Assembly (NCBI GenBank): GCA_013239625.1 | Contig: MU054220.1 | Coordinates: 3,907,374 to 3,971,373, forward strand | DNA length: 64,000 bases | Origin: Lama guanicoe | Lineage: Eukaryota | Reading direction: 5' to 3' | Shown: in pieces, positions 1-12,575 of the stretch | Layout: the number at the start of each line of letters is the position of its first letter | How positions within the stretch are numbered: position 1 is the first letter of the stretch | Translations under genes and position numbers: made by a program | Notes under the pieces: model-generated | Seen by the model: the letters and a program-made list of their open reading frames with translations, nothing else | Database searches by the model: none | Told to the model about the DNA's origin: nothing

Positions 1-339
1 TATTGACTTATTATCTATGCGTCTAGACTTTATGGATACCCTGTATTTTCACAGATGGGTCTCCTTCACTCCATGGTGAGCACTGGAATTTAGAGAATTT
101 GCATCTTCTTATTTGTATCTACAGGGAGTGCTTAGGTGATTATTTATCTCAGTTTCCTCAATGTAACATGGGACCCCACTGGATAGACGTGGATTAAATG
201 AAATAATTCAAGTAAAGCAATTAGCGCAGCACCTGACACATAGTCAGCTTTCAATAAATAGTGGTCACTATTGTTCACAGCAATATTGTTGTTGTTATTG
301 TTGTTAAGCCTATGGTTTTTTGAATAAGGGATTTACAGA

Positions 340-480
340 GTGAGGGAGGGATGGCTGAATGAATAGAAGATGGATGGATGGATGGGATAATGAGCGAAAG
401 GATGAAAAGATGGAGGATGATGGATGATGAATACGGAATGGACAGAGAGCCTTAGGATGGACGGATGGATGGATGAAAGG
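340..480 (+). repeat. Degenerate (GGAT)n simple repeat
   Basis: gatggatggatgg units. Confidence 0.85.
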
Positions 481-1049
481 TCCATCCTCTCCTTTCATAA
501 GTAAGGACAGAAGAAGGAAAGCAAGAGAATGACAGGAACATCAAAGGTCTTAGCAACAGGAGACAAGACTCAGAGTCTACTTGTCACCCAAGCCTTTGAC
601 TACAGCCCAGTTCTTAACTAGACCCTGTAACTTAGCCTCCCGCTGGCTGCCTCTAGGCTGACTTGAGGTTGTGTCCCTGGAATAAGTAGAGACTTTCTTT
701 GGAGCATAGAAGGCCCAAGTGCTGGACCAGAAAACTGCCCTTGGCCAGAAAGTTTCCCTCAGAGCCTTGGGAACCCCCCCACCACCAGTTCACTGACCAC
801 GAAGTTGCTCCTTAGAAAAGACAATCTCTGAGCTCCTCTTCCACTGACAAGGAAGATTAAATCATCATGGTGACCTGAGGACCTAAGAAACAAGCACCCC
901 AGGGCTGCCCAGCTGTCCCTAGCCTCAGACACACCCCAGAGAGGTCTCAGGGAATCGTCCGCACTTAGCTGCCCGTGCTGGATTATAGGGGGAATGGGGA
1001 GAAAGGTAAGCACCCAGGAGAGGGCTCAGAGAGGGGCCCAGAACAAGCA

Positions 1050-1600
1050 GTGATAGGAAAGACTAAAAGATGTGGAGGAGGACAGACCAAAAAGATACAG
1101 CATTTGCACAGTTATTGTTCCTAAAAATAAAAACAGAACCAATGGAAACTACAATGAAAAATATTCAGATGTAACAGGGAAAAACTTTCCTGAAATGAAG
1201 AAATGAATGTGGAGAAACAGAATTGATTCAGGACCATCAGCATCGAGCATGATAGTCTCATGAAGCTACTGAACTTCAAGGCTAAAGAAAGAATCATACA
1301 GGCATCAAGGTAAACATCTCAAATCACATCAATGGGGGAAGTCAGGCTGGTGGCAGATGTGTCTCCAGACAGCACTGTGGGTCAGTGGGCACCTTCTACA
1401 AGTCCCGAAGAAACAAAAATTTGACCCAAGAAATTTATATCCAAATAAATTTCCTTCCAATAGAAAGGCCACAGACAGAAATTTCCAAACATCCAAGAAC
1501 CTAGGGAATGAGTCCTTCTTAGTCCTTCTTAGTCCTTCTTAAAATACCCAATCTGCTGGGCAATGAAATCTAGTCAACAAAGGGATTGATCAAAATAAAT
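1050..1600 (+). mobile_element. Ancient L1 ORF1-region relic
   Basis: A-rich L1 ORF1-like motifs (aaaactttcctgaaatgaag, aagaatcatacaggcatcaag, ccaagaaatttatatcca); no intact ORF. Confidence 0.65.
1511..1540 (+). repeat. Perfect 10-bp tandem triplication (AGTCCTTCTT)3
   Basis: Seen directly. Confidence 0.95.
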
Positions 1601-1606
1601 GGCTCA

Positions 1607-2158
1607 CAAGACGTGGAAACAGCGTAAATGTCCATAAGCAAATGACTGGATAAAGAAGATGTGGTTTATATGTACAGTGAAATATTACTCAGCCATAAAA
1701 AAGAATGAAATAATGCCATTTGCAGCAACATGGATGGACCTAGAGATTATCATCCTAAGTGAACTAAGTCAGATTAAGACAAATATCATTTGATGTCACT
1801 TATATATGGAATCTAAAAAAGAAAAAGATACAAACTTTATTTACAAACCAGAAATAGACTCATGGACATAAAAAACAAACTGTGGTTACCAGGGGGAAAG
1901 GTGGGGGAGGGATAAATCAGGAGTTTGGGATTAATAGATACACATTACTATATATGAAATAGACAAACAACAAGGACCTACTGTATGTAGAGCACAGGGA
2001 ACTATATTTAATTTCTTGTGATGAGCTGTAATAGAAAGGAACAGGAAAAATATGTTATATATGTACACATATATATAACTGAATCGCTTTGCTGTACATG
2101 AAACTAACATTGTAAATCAACTACATGTCAATAAAAAAACAAGAATTAAAAAAAAAAG
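1607..2158 (+). mobile_element. Younger 5'-truncated L1 (ORF2 end, 3'UTR, poly-A) nested in the older L1
   Basis: tactcagccataaaaaagaatgaaataatgccatttgcagcaacatggatggacctagag; AATAAA and A-tail; TSD-like aaatggctca/aaatagctca. Confidence 0.9.
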
Positions 2159-2619
2159 AAATAGCTCAGAATGGAGAAGTCAAGATAAGCACATCGGTGA
2201 CAAACACTGAATTCATTTAAATATAGAAACAAGAAATCAACTATAGTTCTATGGAAAAAAGAAAGAAATATCTTTGTGAATTTAGAGGAGTATAGAACAC
2301 AGGGTAAATGTTGTAAACATCAATAATAAAATGATAATATTAGTACAACTATTAAGAATTGGGAGATGGTGCAGACAAGGAGGGAGGAAGAATGAATGTG
2401 TTAATTTCCTTGTTTTCTCACAGCGAGAATCAATAGATATTTGTAATGAAGTTGGAAAATGTCATTTAAAAAATAGCATAATTATTCTAAACTCGTAATG
2501 AACATTTTACATATTAATTTTAAAAGGCCTTATAGGAACTGTAATTTGTGGTTAAAAAAAAAGTATTTACCCAAAATTCAGCAATTCATTCTGTTTCAAT
2601 TTGCTGATTTATTTTTAGG

Positions 2620-3742
2620 ATTTTTATTTGGAAATAATTTTAGATTGAAAAGTTGCTAAGTGTTTCCCATATACCCTTTCTCCAGTTTCCCCTAATGTTA
2701 ACATCTTGCATACCCATGCCACATTTGTCCAAGCAAAGACACTGACATTGAGACAATACTATTAACTAAAGCACAAACTTTATTCAGATTTCACCAATTC
2801 TCCCACTAACTTCCTTCTTCTGTTCTAGGATCCGATCCGGGAGAGCACGTTACATTTGGTTGTCCTGTCTCCTTTGTCTCCTCCCACCTGTGACAGTTTC
2901 TCAGTCTTCCCTTGTCTTTCACACACTTGACACGTTTGAAGAGTCCTGGTCAGGCCTGTTGTAGACTGTCCCTCGGTTTGGGTTTGTCTGATGTTTCCTC
3001 ACGGCTAGATTGAGACTATAGACTTAGACTACAGAGACCAAGATCCCAAAACAGTAAAAATGCCCCTGTCCTATCGTATCAGGAAGTACATGAAATCAAC
3101 ATGACTTATTACTGGTGATATTAACCTTGATCACTTGGTTTCACTGGTTAAGGTGGGATTGGCCACGTTCCTCTGTGAAAAGAAACTGTTTTTCTCCTTC
3201 CAGACCTTATTGGAAGTGAGTCACTAAGTTCAGCCCTTCCTCAAGGGGAGAGGAATGAATCTCTACTTCTTAGAGGGAGGAATATGAAGTTATTTGTGAA
3301 CATGTATTAAAAATATGGCAGCAATTAATGAATATTTTTGGAGAGATACTTTAGGGACATTCATCAGTGGATCTTGCCTGCAGTAATTATTACTCTTGTG
3401 TTCAAATGATGATTTTCTATTGCCTTCATTCCTTCTACATTTATCATTTGGAATTCTCTGAAAGGAAGATTTGTCCCTTCCATTTATTTATTTAGTCAAT
3501 CATTTGTTTATGGCAGTATGGATTCATGAATATTTATTTTATTCTTTGGGTTATAACCAATACTATCATTATCTATTTTGTCTTCCAAAATATTCCAGTC
3601 TTTTCCCCTTTATCAGGTTGGCTCCAGTATCCACACCCATTTTTTTTTCTCTCACTGAATAAACTATATTTTAGAGCAGTTTTAGGTTTACATAAAAATT
3701 GAGTGAAAAATATAGAAAGTTCTGGTATACTCCTTCATCCCT

Positions 3743-3773
<31 letters not shown>

Positions 3774-4790
3774 CCTTCTATTACTAAAATTTAGCATTAG
3801 TGGGGTACATTTGTTACAACTGATGAGTCAATATTGACACATTATTATTAACTGAAGTACATAGTTCACTTTAGGGTTCACTTTTTGTGTTGTACCTTTT
3901 ATGGGCTTTGACAAATATATAACGATAAGTATCCACCAGTATGGTATCATGCAGAGCAGTGTCACTGCCCTAAAAATCCCCTGTGCCCTGCTTATTCATC
4001 CCTCCCTCCCCCTAGCCCCAGGCAACCACTGATCTTTTTACTGTCTCCATTGTCTTGCCTCTCCAGAATGTCATGTAGTTGGAATCATATAGTACTTAGC
4101 CTTTCCAGTTGGTTTCTCTCACTTAGCAATACCCATGTAAGCTTCCTGCATGTCTCTTTGTGGCTTGATAGCTCATTTCTATTGTTAAGTAATATTCCAT
4201 TGTATGGATATACCACAATTTTTTTATCCATCCACCTATCCATTCACCTATCGGAACATCTTGGTTGCTTCCAAGTTTTGGCAGCTGTCGGTAGGGCTGC
4301 TGTGAACATTCAAATGCAGGTTTTGTGTGGACGTAGTTTTCATATAAACTGGGTGAATGCCTAGGAGCACAATTGCTGGATTGTGGTAAAACTCTGTTTG
4401 GCTTTCTAAGAAACTGCCAAACTGTCTTCTAAAATGCTTGTAAGATTTTGCATTTTCACCAGCAGTGTATGAGAGTTCCTGCTGCTCCACATCCTCGCCA
4501 GCTCTTGGTGGTGTTGGTGTTTTAGATTTTAGCCTTTCTAATAGATTTGTAGTGAAACCTCATTGTTGCTTTGATTTGCAGTTCCCTACTGATTTATGAT
4601 GTTATATATCCTCCTGAGTCATTTGACATGTGTCCATCCTATTCTTTTCCCCCTTGGTGAGCACTTTCTTGCTTTCTAACACTACAAGATGCTCCAGACT
4701 CATCTTCTATTTTTTCCTAGAATTTAGTGCTAGAATCAGCCATTTCTCTAGGGAGTCTTGGTTCATTTTATTAGAGAATGGTATTTAAAT
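2620..4790 (-). mobile_element. Nested antisense L1M 3'UTR relics (an outer L1MC-like element interrupted at about 3660-4600 by a second L1M element)
   Basis: Recognisable L1M 3' motifs: cccctaatgttaacatcttgca, tttagagcagttttaggtttaca, aatattccattgtatggatataccaca, gaaactgccaaactgt. Confidence 0.75.
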
Positions 4791-5109
4791 TCTATTTAAA
4801 TGGAAGGTGTGGACAAGGCAAGCAATGAAGGTGAGTGTTTCCTGATGTATATTATGCCTGGGAACCACCCAGAGCCTGTCCAAACATATTCCTGCACCCC
4901 AGCCCCCAGGGGTTTGATTCAGCAGGTCTTGGATGGAGCAGGTTGTGTTGATGCTGCTGGTGCTCAGACTACACTGAGCTGCACTGATGCAGACAAGTCT
5001 TTGAGAAGATTGATTGGCTGTGAGGGAGGCAGGAGAGGACAGTGGAGGGAAGTTACTTTGAATTATTTTTGTTACTCATATCTGTTTGTCTTTTATGTGT
5101 ATCTAGTCA

Positions 5110-5490
5110 TATGTAAACCAATAAAATAGAGAATTACAAAAAGAAATAGACAAATCAATAACCTTAGTGGGAGATTTTAATACACCTTCCTCAGTAACTT
5201 ACAGAGCAAGGTGGCAAAAAAAATAAATAAGGAGATGATATGAATTGCATAATTAACAAGCAATGCATGATGTATGCAAAGAAATACATCAAATAATGAC
5301 AGAATTATTTTCAAAGGCATATGGAATTTGCCAAGAGGATTCTACTGGGCCATAGGACAAGCTTCAGAAAATTTCCAGAGATTGAAATAATACAGTGTAT
5401 AGTCTGGTCTTTGACTATTCTGAAATCAATTATGAAGACAACCACAAAATTTTCAAATATTTAGAAGTTATGTAATATACTTCTATTCTC
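5110..5490 (+). mobile_element. Ancient L1 ORF2 endonuclease-region relic
   Basis: agaaatagacaaatcaata...gtgggagattttaatacacc (degenerate GDFN motif); probably continues the 1050-1600 element. Confidence 0.65.
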
Positions 5491-5719
5491 TTAAACTTTG
5501 ATTTAGAAATAATGTCAAATTTACCCAAAAAAAGTTATAAAAATAAAAATAGTACAGAGAAAATCCATATACCCTTCACCCAGATCCACTCATTATAAGC
5601 ATTTAACCCCATTGCTTTATCATCCCTCCCTCCCTCTGCATTCCCCACCCTCCATTTCCAACGTGTGCACACATGTGCGTGCATGCACACACACACACAA
5701 ATTTTTTCTAAATTCTCAG

Positions 5720-5930
5720 CGGAGAATAGCACCAACTTACCAGCTACACGAGTGAGTCCCTTGGAAGTGGATTCTCTAATCACCAATGAGCTGCCCCATC
5801 TGATGCTGAATGGAGCAAAGCCAAGCCTTACTTCCAAATCGCGGATTTGTGAGTTAAATAAATGTTGTTGTTTTAAGCCAGTGAGTTTTGGGGTGTTTTG
5901 TTTTGCAGCCGTAGGAACTGGAATCAATAC
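5720..5930 (+). mobile_element. MaLR (MLT1-type) LTR 3' part
   Basis: aataaatgttgttgttttaagccagtgagttttggggtgttttgttttgcagc terminal motif. Confidence 0.7.
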
Positions 5931-6219
5931 TGCAAGGCTTGGGAGGTGAGTGGTCCAGATACACACTAAGGCATTGTGGGTGTTACGAAGCTCCTGCATT
6001 TTCAGTGGGAACATCCTGATGTTCTCCTTCTGTCTGGTGCAGGGTAAGTGAAAGCTGAGCATTAACTCATCTAGGGTCAGAATTTTGCAGGTGGGTGCAA
6101 AAGACAGATGGAAGCAGGTGATTCAGGAACTGGCAAGAGCGTCATTGAAATAGTGGGCCACCACGGATTCTAAGTTGAATACAGAAGGAAAGGGAGGTAG
6201 AAGGTGGTTGCCAGGAAGG

Positions 6220-6697
6220 GATGGAGGTTAATTTTACACGTCAACTTGACGGGATCCTGGGATGTCCAGGTATTTGACTCATTTGACTCCACATTATTTA
6301 TGGGTGTCTCTGAAGGTGTTTCCGGGTGGAATTAGCATTTGACTTAGGGGATTCAGTAAAGTAGTTTGCCCTCCCCATTGTGGGCAGGCATCATCCAATC
6401 CATCGGGGGCTTGACTAGAACAAAGAGGCAGAGGAAGGACCAATTCAGCCTTTCCTGCCTGATTGCTTAGCTTCTCCTGCCCTCAGTGCTTCTGATTCTT
6501 GCCCTTCAAACTGGGACTGAATTACCATTGACTCTATTTCTTGGGTCTCCAACTAGCAGATGAAATATCATGGGACTTCTCAGCCCCCTTAAGTGCGTGA
6601 GCCAATTTTTTATAATAAATATATTATCCATCTATCTATCTATCTATCCATCTATTTTCTACTGTGTCTGTTTCTCCAGAGAACCCTGACCAACACA
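6220..6697 (+). mobile_element. ERVL MLT2-type solo LTR
   Basis: ggttaattttacacgtcaacttgac start; catcatccaatcc; ctgtttctccagagaaccctgaccaacaca end. Confidence 0.8.
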
Positions 6698-8690
6698 AGG
6701 AGTCAGGGCATTCAAGACCTCAGTGAGACAGACAGATGGTTGTACCACGAGTAGCTCATCAGAGAAAATGGAGACCAGGAACCCTGGTCTCCACTGAGCG
6801 GCCGCATGAGCAGCCCTGGCCATAGGCCAGGCAGTCTGAGGTCGCATGAGAACCTTCTCCTACTGGCTACTGCTGATTGTCTCTCAAATGTCAGTGGTCC
6901 CTGACCTCAACGCCAGGAACGGACACGGTTCTCTGTGCCCCGCAGGGCTCTGCATCCCTCTGTCAAGAGCCCTGATCACACTGAATTCTCTTTGTTTCTT
7001 CCCCCTGCCTCCCTGAGGGCTGGCTCTGCATTTTTGTTTTGTTCACCCCTGCATCCCTAGCACCTGGTCTGGCACATTCTCAAGCCCAGAAAATGTTTGC
7101 TAGATGAGCCAATGCGTGAGCACAGGGACTGATGGACGGACCTCAGAGTCCAAAGGGACGCTGACAATGGAGGAAAGCCAATGCCCGCTCAGCCTCATTA
7201 TTTCTGCCCCACCTTCCGGAAGGTAAAATGGGGAGCCAGAGAGGTTAGAGGTCTGCCCAGGTCACACCGCAGAGCACCCCTGGTGATGAAACTACAGCAG
7301 AAACAAGATCAAGGGCAGGGCGGTGGGGGGAAACAGCTGGAAGGAAGCCCCCAAATCCCTGCTCTGCGATGTTTCAGCAACTCGCTGGACTGGGGCAGAC
7401 CGCTCTCTTCTCCCATCTTCCTCCCTCCACCTGCTGCAGGGAGCAACCCAGCCCAGGGGCCAGGGGTGGCTGCCCCGGAACATTTGGCAGCCTGTTAACT
7501 TAATCCTTGCCTGGCTGATGGGGGGAGCTGGCTGTCACCTCATTTCCAAAGCAGCTCCAGACTGCTGGGGAAACAGCTGGATTGGCCCAGCTGTCTCTCT
7601 CCCCCTCTCCTGCCCTCCAGCAAATAAAAGGAAAAGGACAATTGAAAGGAAACCCAGAGGTGGGAAGGCAGTTTTCTAAGGGTTGGGGCTTCCCTGAGAG
7701 GGGGAGGTGCCCAAAGGAAATCCCATTAAATGGATGTTTATTTGAAGGGAGAGGGGCTGAGACCTTTGCTGGGGGTGGGGAGGAGGAAGGGAGGGGCAAA
7801 GATGCAGGGTCTGTGCTCACAGATGGGCCTGTGTGAGCTTCTTGAAGGCTGACCACTGAGTGAGAAGTGGCCAAGATACACGAGGCAGACAGCAAGGCTG
7901 GTGCTGTGGCTGCTGCTGGGGGTGGGGGTTGGAAGTGTGGGGGTTGGGTGGGACTTACTCCTTCACTCACACCTCCAGCATCCCTTGAGTCCTGATGACT
8001 CCCTGACTCTCTGCTGGTGGCTGGGCAAATAAGAACCAATCAGCCCTGGTCCCTGCCCTCAAGCAATGGGGGAGACCCGGAGTTGGGCTGTGGACGGTGG
8101 GCAGTAATGCTGGTGGGTCCAGCACTGGGGCATCCAGAAGCACAGCGATGTGGGAGCACGAGGAGGCCCAGGTACACAGGGCAGATAACCTTCCCAGGGT
8201 TGTCCCACCTTTTGAGACCCAGGGTCCTGGGGCAGGGGTCCTCTGAGGCTTGGCCTCACCACCAGGCAACGATCTGGAGGGCAGCCACCTTATCAGTGCC
8301 GGAAAACCTAGCTGGACACAGGCAGCCCCACCCGCAGCTTCTCTGCCCAGGTGCAACCCTGTCATCCCTGATGGAGCTGGAGACCTTCCTGACAACCCGT
8401 CACACCCTAACGTTCTTCCGGAGGGGCTCCCTTCCATCCCTCCCGCGTGCTCCCTCGTCCAGTCCACAACTCTTCACCGAGACATGATGGGGTGTTCAAG
8501 CTCCAAGCTGAAATGCTTTGTTCATTTTCTCATTCATTCATTCACTCATTCACTTCATAAACCTTCATGGGGCATCACCTTTGTGCCAAGCACCACCCTA
8601 GCTGCTGGGGATTTACATGAACAAAAACAATTAAAAATTCTTGCACTCATGGGACATTTTGTAGACAGAGATGAAAAGGAAATGAGTAGC

Positions 8691-8855
8691 GGGGAGGGTA
8701 TAGCTCAGTGGTAGAGTGTGTGCTTAGTATGCACGAGGTTCTGGCTTCAATCTCCAGTACCTCCATTAAAATAAATAAGTAAATAAATAAACTTAAGTAA
8801 CTTCCACCCCAAACAAACAAACAAAAATTAATTAATTAATTAAAATATTTTTTAA
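8691..8855 (+). mobile_element. tRNA-derived SINE (Vic-1-like) inserted into an L2 relic
   Basis: GGGGAGGGTATAGCTCAGTGGTAGAG (A-box) and GGCTTCAATCTCC (B-box), then an A/T-rich tail; degenerate flanking repeat aatgagtag/aatgagcag. Confidence 0.85.
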
Positions 8856-11800
8856 GTGCAATGAGCAGAGTACACAGGATGTCAGGTCCTGATGGAGTCA
8901 CGGAGAAAGCAAGGTCAGGGAGGACATAGGGCAGCTACCACAACAGCCCAGCTGTTCCTCCTCATCTAATGCCCGGAGGAGCATCTCTGCCTGGCTCAGA
9001 GCTGAATCTACAGCTTCAACCCACACCATCCTCCTGGCTGGCCTGTGAGGTCAGTTCTGGGATTACCCCAACTTTGGGAGGGACCATGTGGAGGCCCCCA
9101 GAGAGGGTACCAGACTAGCTAGCAATGACAAGCCAGCTAGAGTGGGTCTTGCCCCGGTCCCCACCCTCGGGGACTGACTGGGGGCCCCAGCCATGCTCCT
9201 ACTTTGGCTCAGACCCAGGATGCCTTCCAGGATTAGAGGCCTTGCTAAGTGCATGGCTCTTGTCTGGGGAGGGCCCCTGCGCTAACCACATCCTCAGCCC
9301 TCTTGGAGGGTCCCACCTGCCCCTGGTCAGCAGCCAGGGAAGCAGTGGGGTCAGACAGAGAAACTCTGGATGGGAGTCAGGAGACCTGAGTTCCAGCCCT
9401 GGTGCAGCCCCCTCACCTCACCTCACCTACCTTGTTAATTCGAGGTCCCTTTCTCTCTCTCTTTGTGTGTGTGTCTCTCTCCTAGTCTGTGGAAGGAAGG
9501 GGTTGGGCTGAGATAATCCCTGAGGTCCTGCGGGGTCTAGAGCTCAGTTTCCTCATCTGGATGGGATGTTCTAGCACTGATTACACCCTCGGACCAGATA
9601 TAACAGCCTCTCCAGCGAGCGAAGATTCTGGGCAAGCTCGTGAGTCCAGCAGGTGGGGAGGAGGGGAGGCTGACTTGTCACTGACATCCTTTCAAATGAT
9701 TTAACTATTTGAAATGGTGTGTGTATTACCAACTGAAAAACTAAAAAAAAAAAGAAAACTTTAAATGTAAGCCTTTCACATTTCCTCCTCTTCCAGGAAC
9801 TGTGGTCTGTTTGGGAAAGTAAAGGCTCCTGAATTATCCTTGGGGGCACTGTGTTGGTGATGAAATCTCAGGGCCTGGCTCGCAGTGGGGGCTCCTACCG
9901 ACACCCTCTGCATCCGCCCCCGTGAACGTGGATGTGCCAGCCTGCCCCCCCGACACCTGCTGGAGTCAGGCTCCTTGTGCACAGGGGGCCTCCTTGATTC
10001 ATCTCGGTAACCGCTCCCCTCCACCAGACAAGCAGATACACACGCATACAGACAGACAGACATACAGACACACACATGCAGACAGACACACATGCTCCCA
10101 CCGTGCTCTGGGACCCGTTACACACCCCTTAGTCAGTGATTAAGACATATTTGCTAAATAATAAATGAATGCAAACTCTCAGATCCAGGAAACCAGAGAG
10201 CCGAGCTGGGCCCTGACTGTCTGCAGCTTCGCCCGCCTTCCCAGCCGCCTACAGTCTGTTCGGAGGGAGAGACTGCGCAGAGCTGCGGTGAGGGGCCGGG
10301 AGAAACCGCTGAGCTGGCGGGTCTCACTGGGGACCAGGAGAGCTGGCACTGGTTGGGGGGTATCTAGGAAGGAAGAGAAAATGAAAGGGGGTGCTGTGTA
10401 CCGGAATGGGCTTCTGGGAGCAATGTTCCGTCTGGCCTGGGAATGGCTCTGACTCCCACGTTCCCACTGTCTCTAATGGCCTCCCCTCCCCCACGTCTGG
10501 TCTGAATGAGGGTCCAGACCAGCCAGTCCAGTCCACAGGTGCTGAGGCTCACAAGCCTTCAGTCATGTCTCCTGTCGTCTGATCTATCCAGTCCAACTGG
10601 GCTGCTTCCCTGCTAAACTTGAACTTGACTCTCTCCAGATGCTGTGCAGTTCACAGGGAGCCATCATCAGCCCACACTGTCCTGTCTGGAGTTGTCCTGG
10701 GGTGCCTCCTGGGAGTCTGGCTACAGGATCCCTGGAGGAGTGAACTGGTCCCAGTTAAGCTCGGTTTCTGGCATGGGGAGGGGGGGAGGGGGCGGTAAAC
10801 TGAGCGTCACATGTCAGGGCTGGGATAGCTTGTTCAGGGCAAGGCCACGTTCAGGCCCCAGAGAGCATCCCTTGCCTGCACCAGACCCCCACGGGCACTG
10901 CTGCCTTGAGAGGGAAACTGCAGGCATCAGGGCTCCAAACCCGGGCCCTGGCTGGAGGGGAGCAGGAGGACAGGGGCAGGGCGGAGGCGGCACATCCAAG
11001 AGAGAATTCTTCCCAGCTCTGGAAAACCCTTTAGGGATTATCTTGCCTAGGGTGTCACAATTTGGGATTTTGTGTACGCTGTTAAAAATTATAAAAATAA
11101 AGGAGGGTTGTCTGACAAAATGGCCATCACTAGTCCTTAATTTATGAAAGAAAATGGTACTTGTTAGAGCCAAAAATGTAAGAGGAAGGCAGGTAGGATT
11201 TCGAGGTAATGGGCAGTTCCTTACATAGAAAATACTAAAAATCTCAATATACAGGGCATTTTTTTTCTTATGTGGTGATAAAAAACCTCGTTGACTGGCT
11301 GCAGTGTGCAGGATGTTGTTTGGAGCAATGGGGAAATAGTGTGGAAACCGAGGCCCAGAAAGTAGTGACATGTTGGCGACCTCGTGGTGAGTGAAGGGCA
11401 GAGCAGCCCCGGGGTCCAGGGCTCCTTCCACAGCACTGATCCCTCCGAGCTGGAAGGGCTCTGAGGGCCTGCACGGGTGGGGCTCTGCTCCCTGCTGGAG
11501 GCCTGGTGGGAGGAATGTTCCCAGGACCCCGGGGGACAGGGAGCCCAGAGCCCACCTCCTCAGGCCCCCACAGTCCCCCAGGTCCCTGCCAGAGCCAGGC
11601 TCCGGGCTGGAGCTTCAAGTTTTGCCTCCTGCCTGACTGCCAGCACTTCCCTCTGGGAACGCTCTGTGCCCTTGGCTGCCAGCATTCCCGGCATGATGAG
11701 TCTCTGGTGCCAGGGGGGAGGGGGCCACATGTTCCCCATATGTCACCAGGATGGGATGTCTACACGGAACAGCTGAGCTGCCCTCGCCTCCTCCTCCTGC

Positions 11801-12039
11801 CCCAGCAGATTCCCCTGCCTCTCTTCTCTTTGTCTTCCTCAGAGGACCTCCCACTCCGGACCCAGGAGGAGATAAAATGAGAGGTTTTTGCATCTGCAGG
11901 GCCTCCAGACTTTCCAAGCATGTCCATCTGCATTGGTTTCAATTAAACAAATACACATACAATGAAATCAAACAGGTGCATACTCTGCACCAGAATCTGC
12001 AGAGACAGGTAAAGGTGAGCTCCATGGAGGATGACCAGC

Positions 12040-12575
12040 CCTCCATCTCTCCATCCATTTCTCCACGCCATCATCCATTCATCCATCCATCCATCTCTCC
12101 ATTTCTCCATTTATCCCTTCCTCCATCCATCCTTCCCTTCATTCATCTCTCTCTACCTCTCTATCCCTTCCTCAGTTGTTCTCTACCTTTCCATCTTTCC
12201 ATCTATTAATTTCTCTCTTCCTTCATCTCTCCCTTATCCTTCCACTCACATTTCCACCCCTTTATCCTTTCTTCTAGCCAATCATTCATCTTTCCTCTCT
12301 CCCTCCATCCCATCACCCATCCATCCATCCATCCACTTATCTATCCCTCCCTCAATCTATCTCTCCATTCTTCCATCCACTTTCTGCCTTTGCATTCCTT
12401 CATCCATCTCTCCATTCCTCCACTCATCCCTTTATCCCTCCCTCCTTCCATTTCTCCCTCCTCCTCCCTCCACCCCTTTATCCTTTATCTAGTCAACAGC
12501 CCTCTCTCCATTCCCCCTCCTTTCTATCTTTCTCCATCTCTCCTTCCATCTGTCCATCTGTCCATCCCTCTCGCC
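12040..12575 (+). repeat. About 530-bp degenerate (TCCA/TCCC/TCTC)n pyrimidine-rich tract
   Basis: Plus strand almost free of G; repeated ccatccatcc units. Confidence 0.9.

Noticed and set aside
8691..8765. Apparent tRNA gene (also 41480-41555)
   Set aside because: The stems are degenerate, an A-rich tail follows, and flanking duplications are present, so these are SINEs.
10814..11431. Longest ORF in the track (205 aa), and the 200-aa ORF at 28233-28835
   Set aside because: No recognisable domain or exon structure; the second begins inside a MaLR LTR relic.
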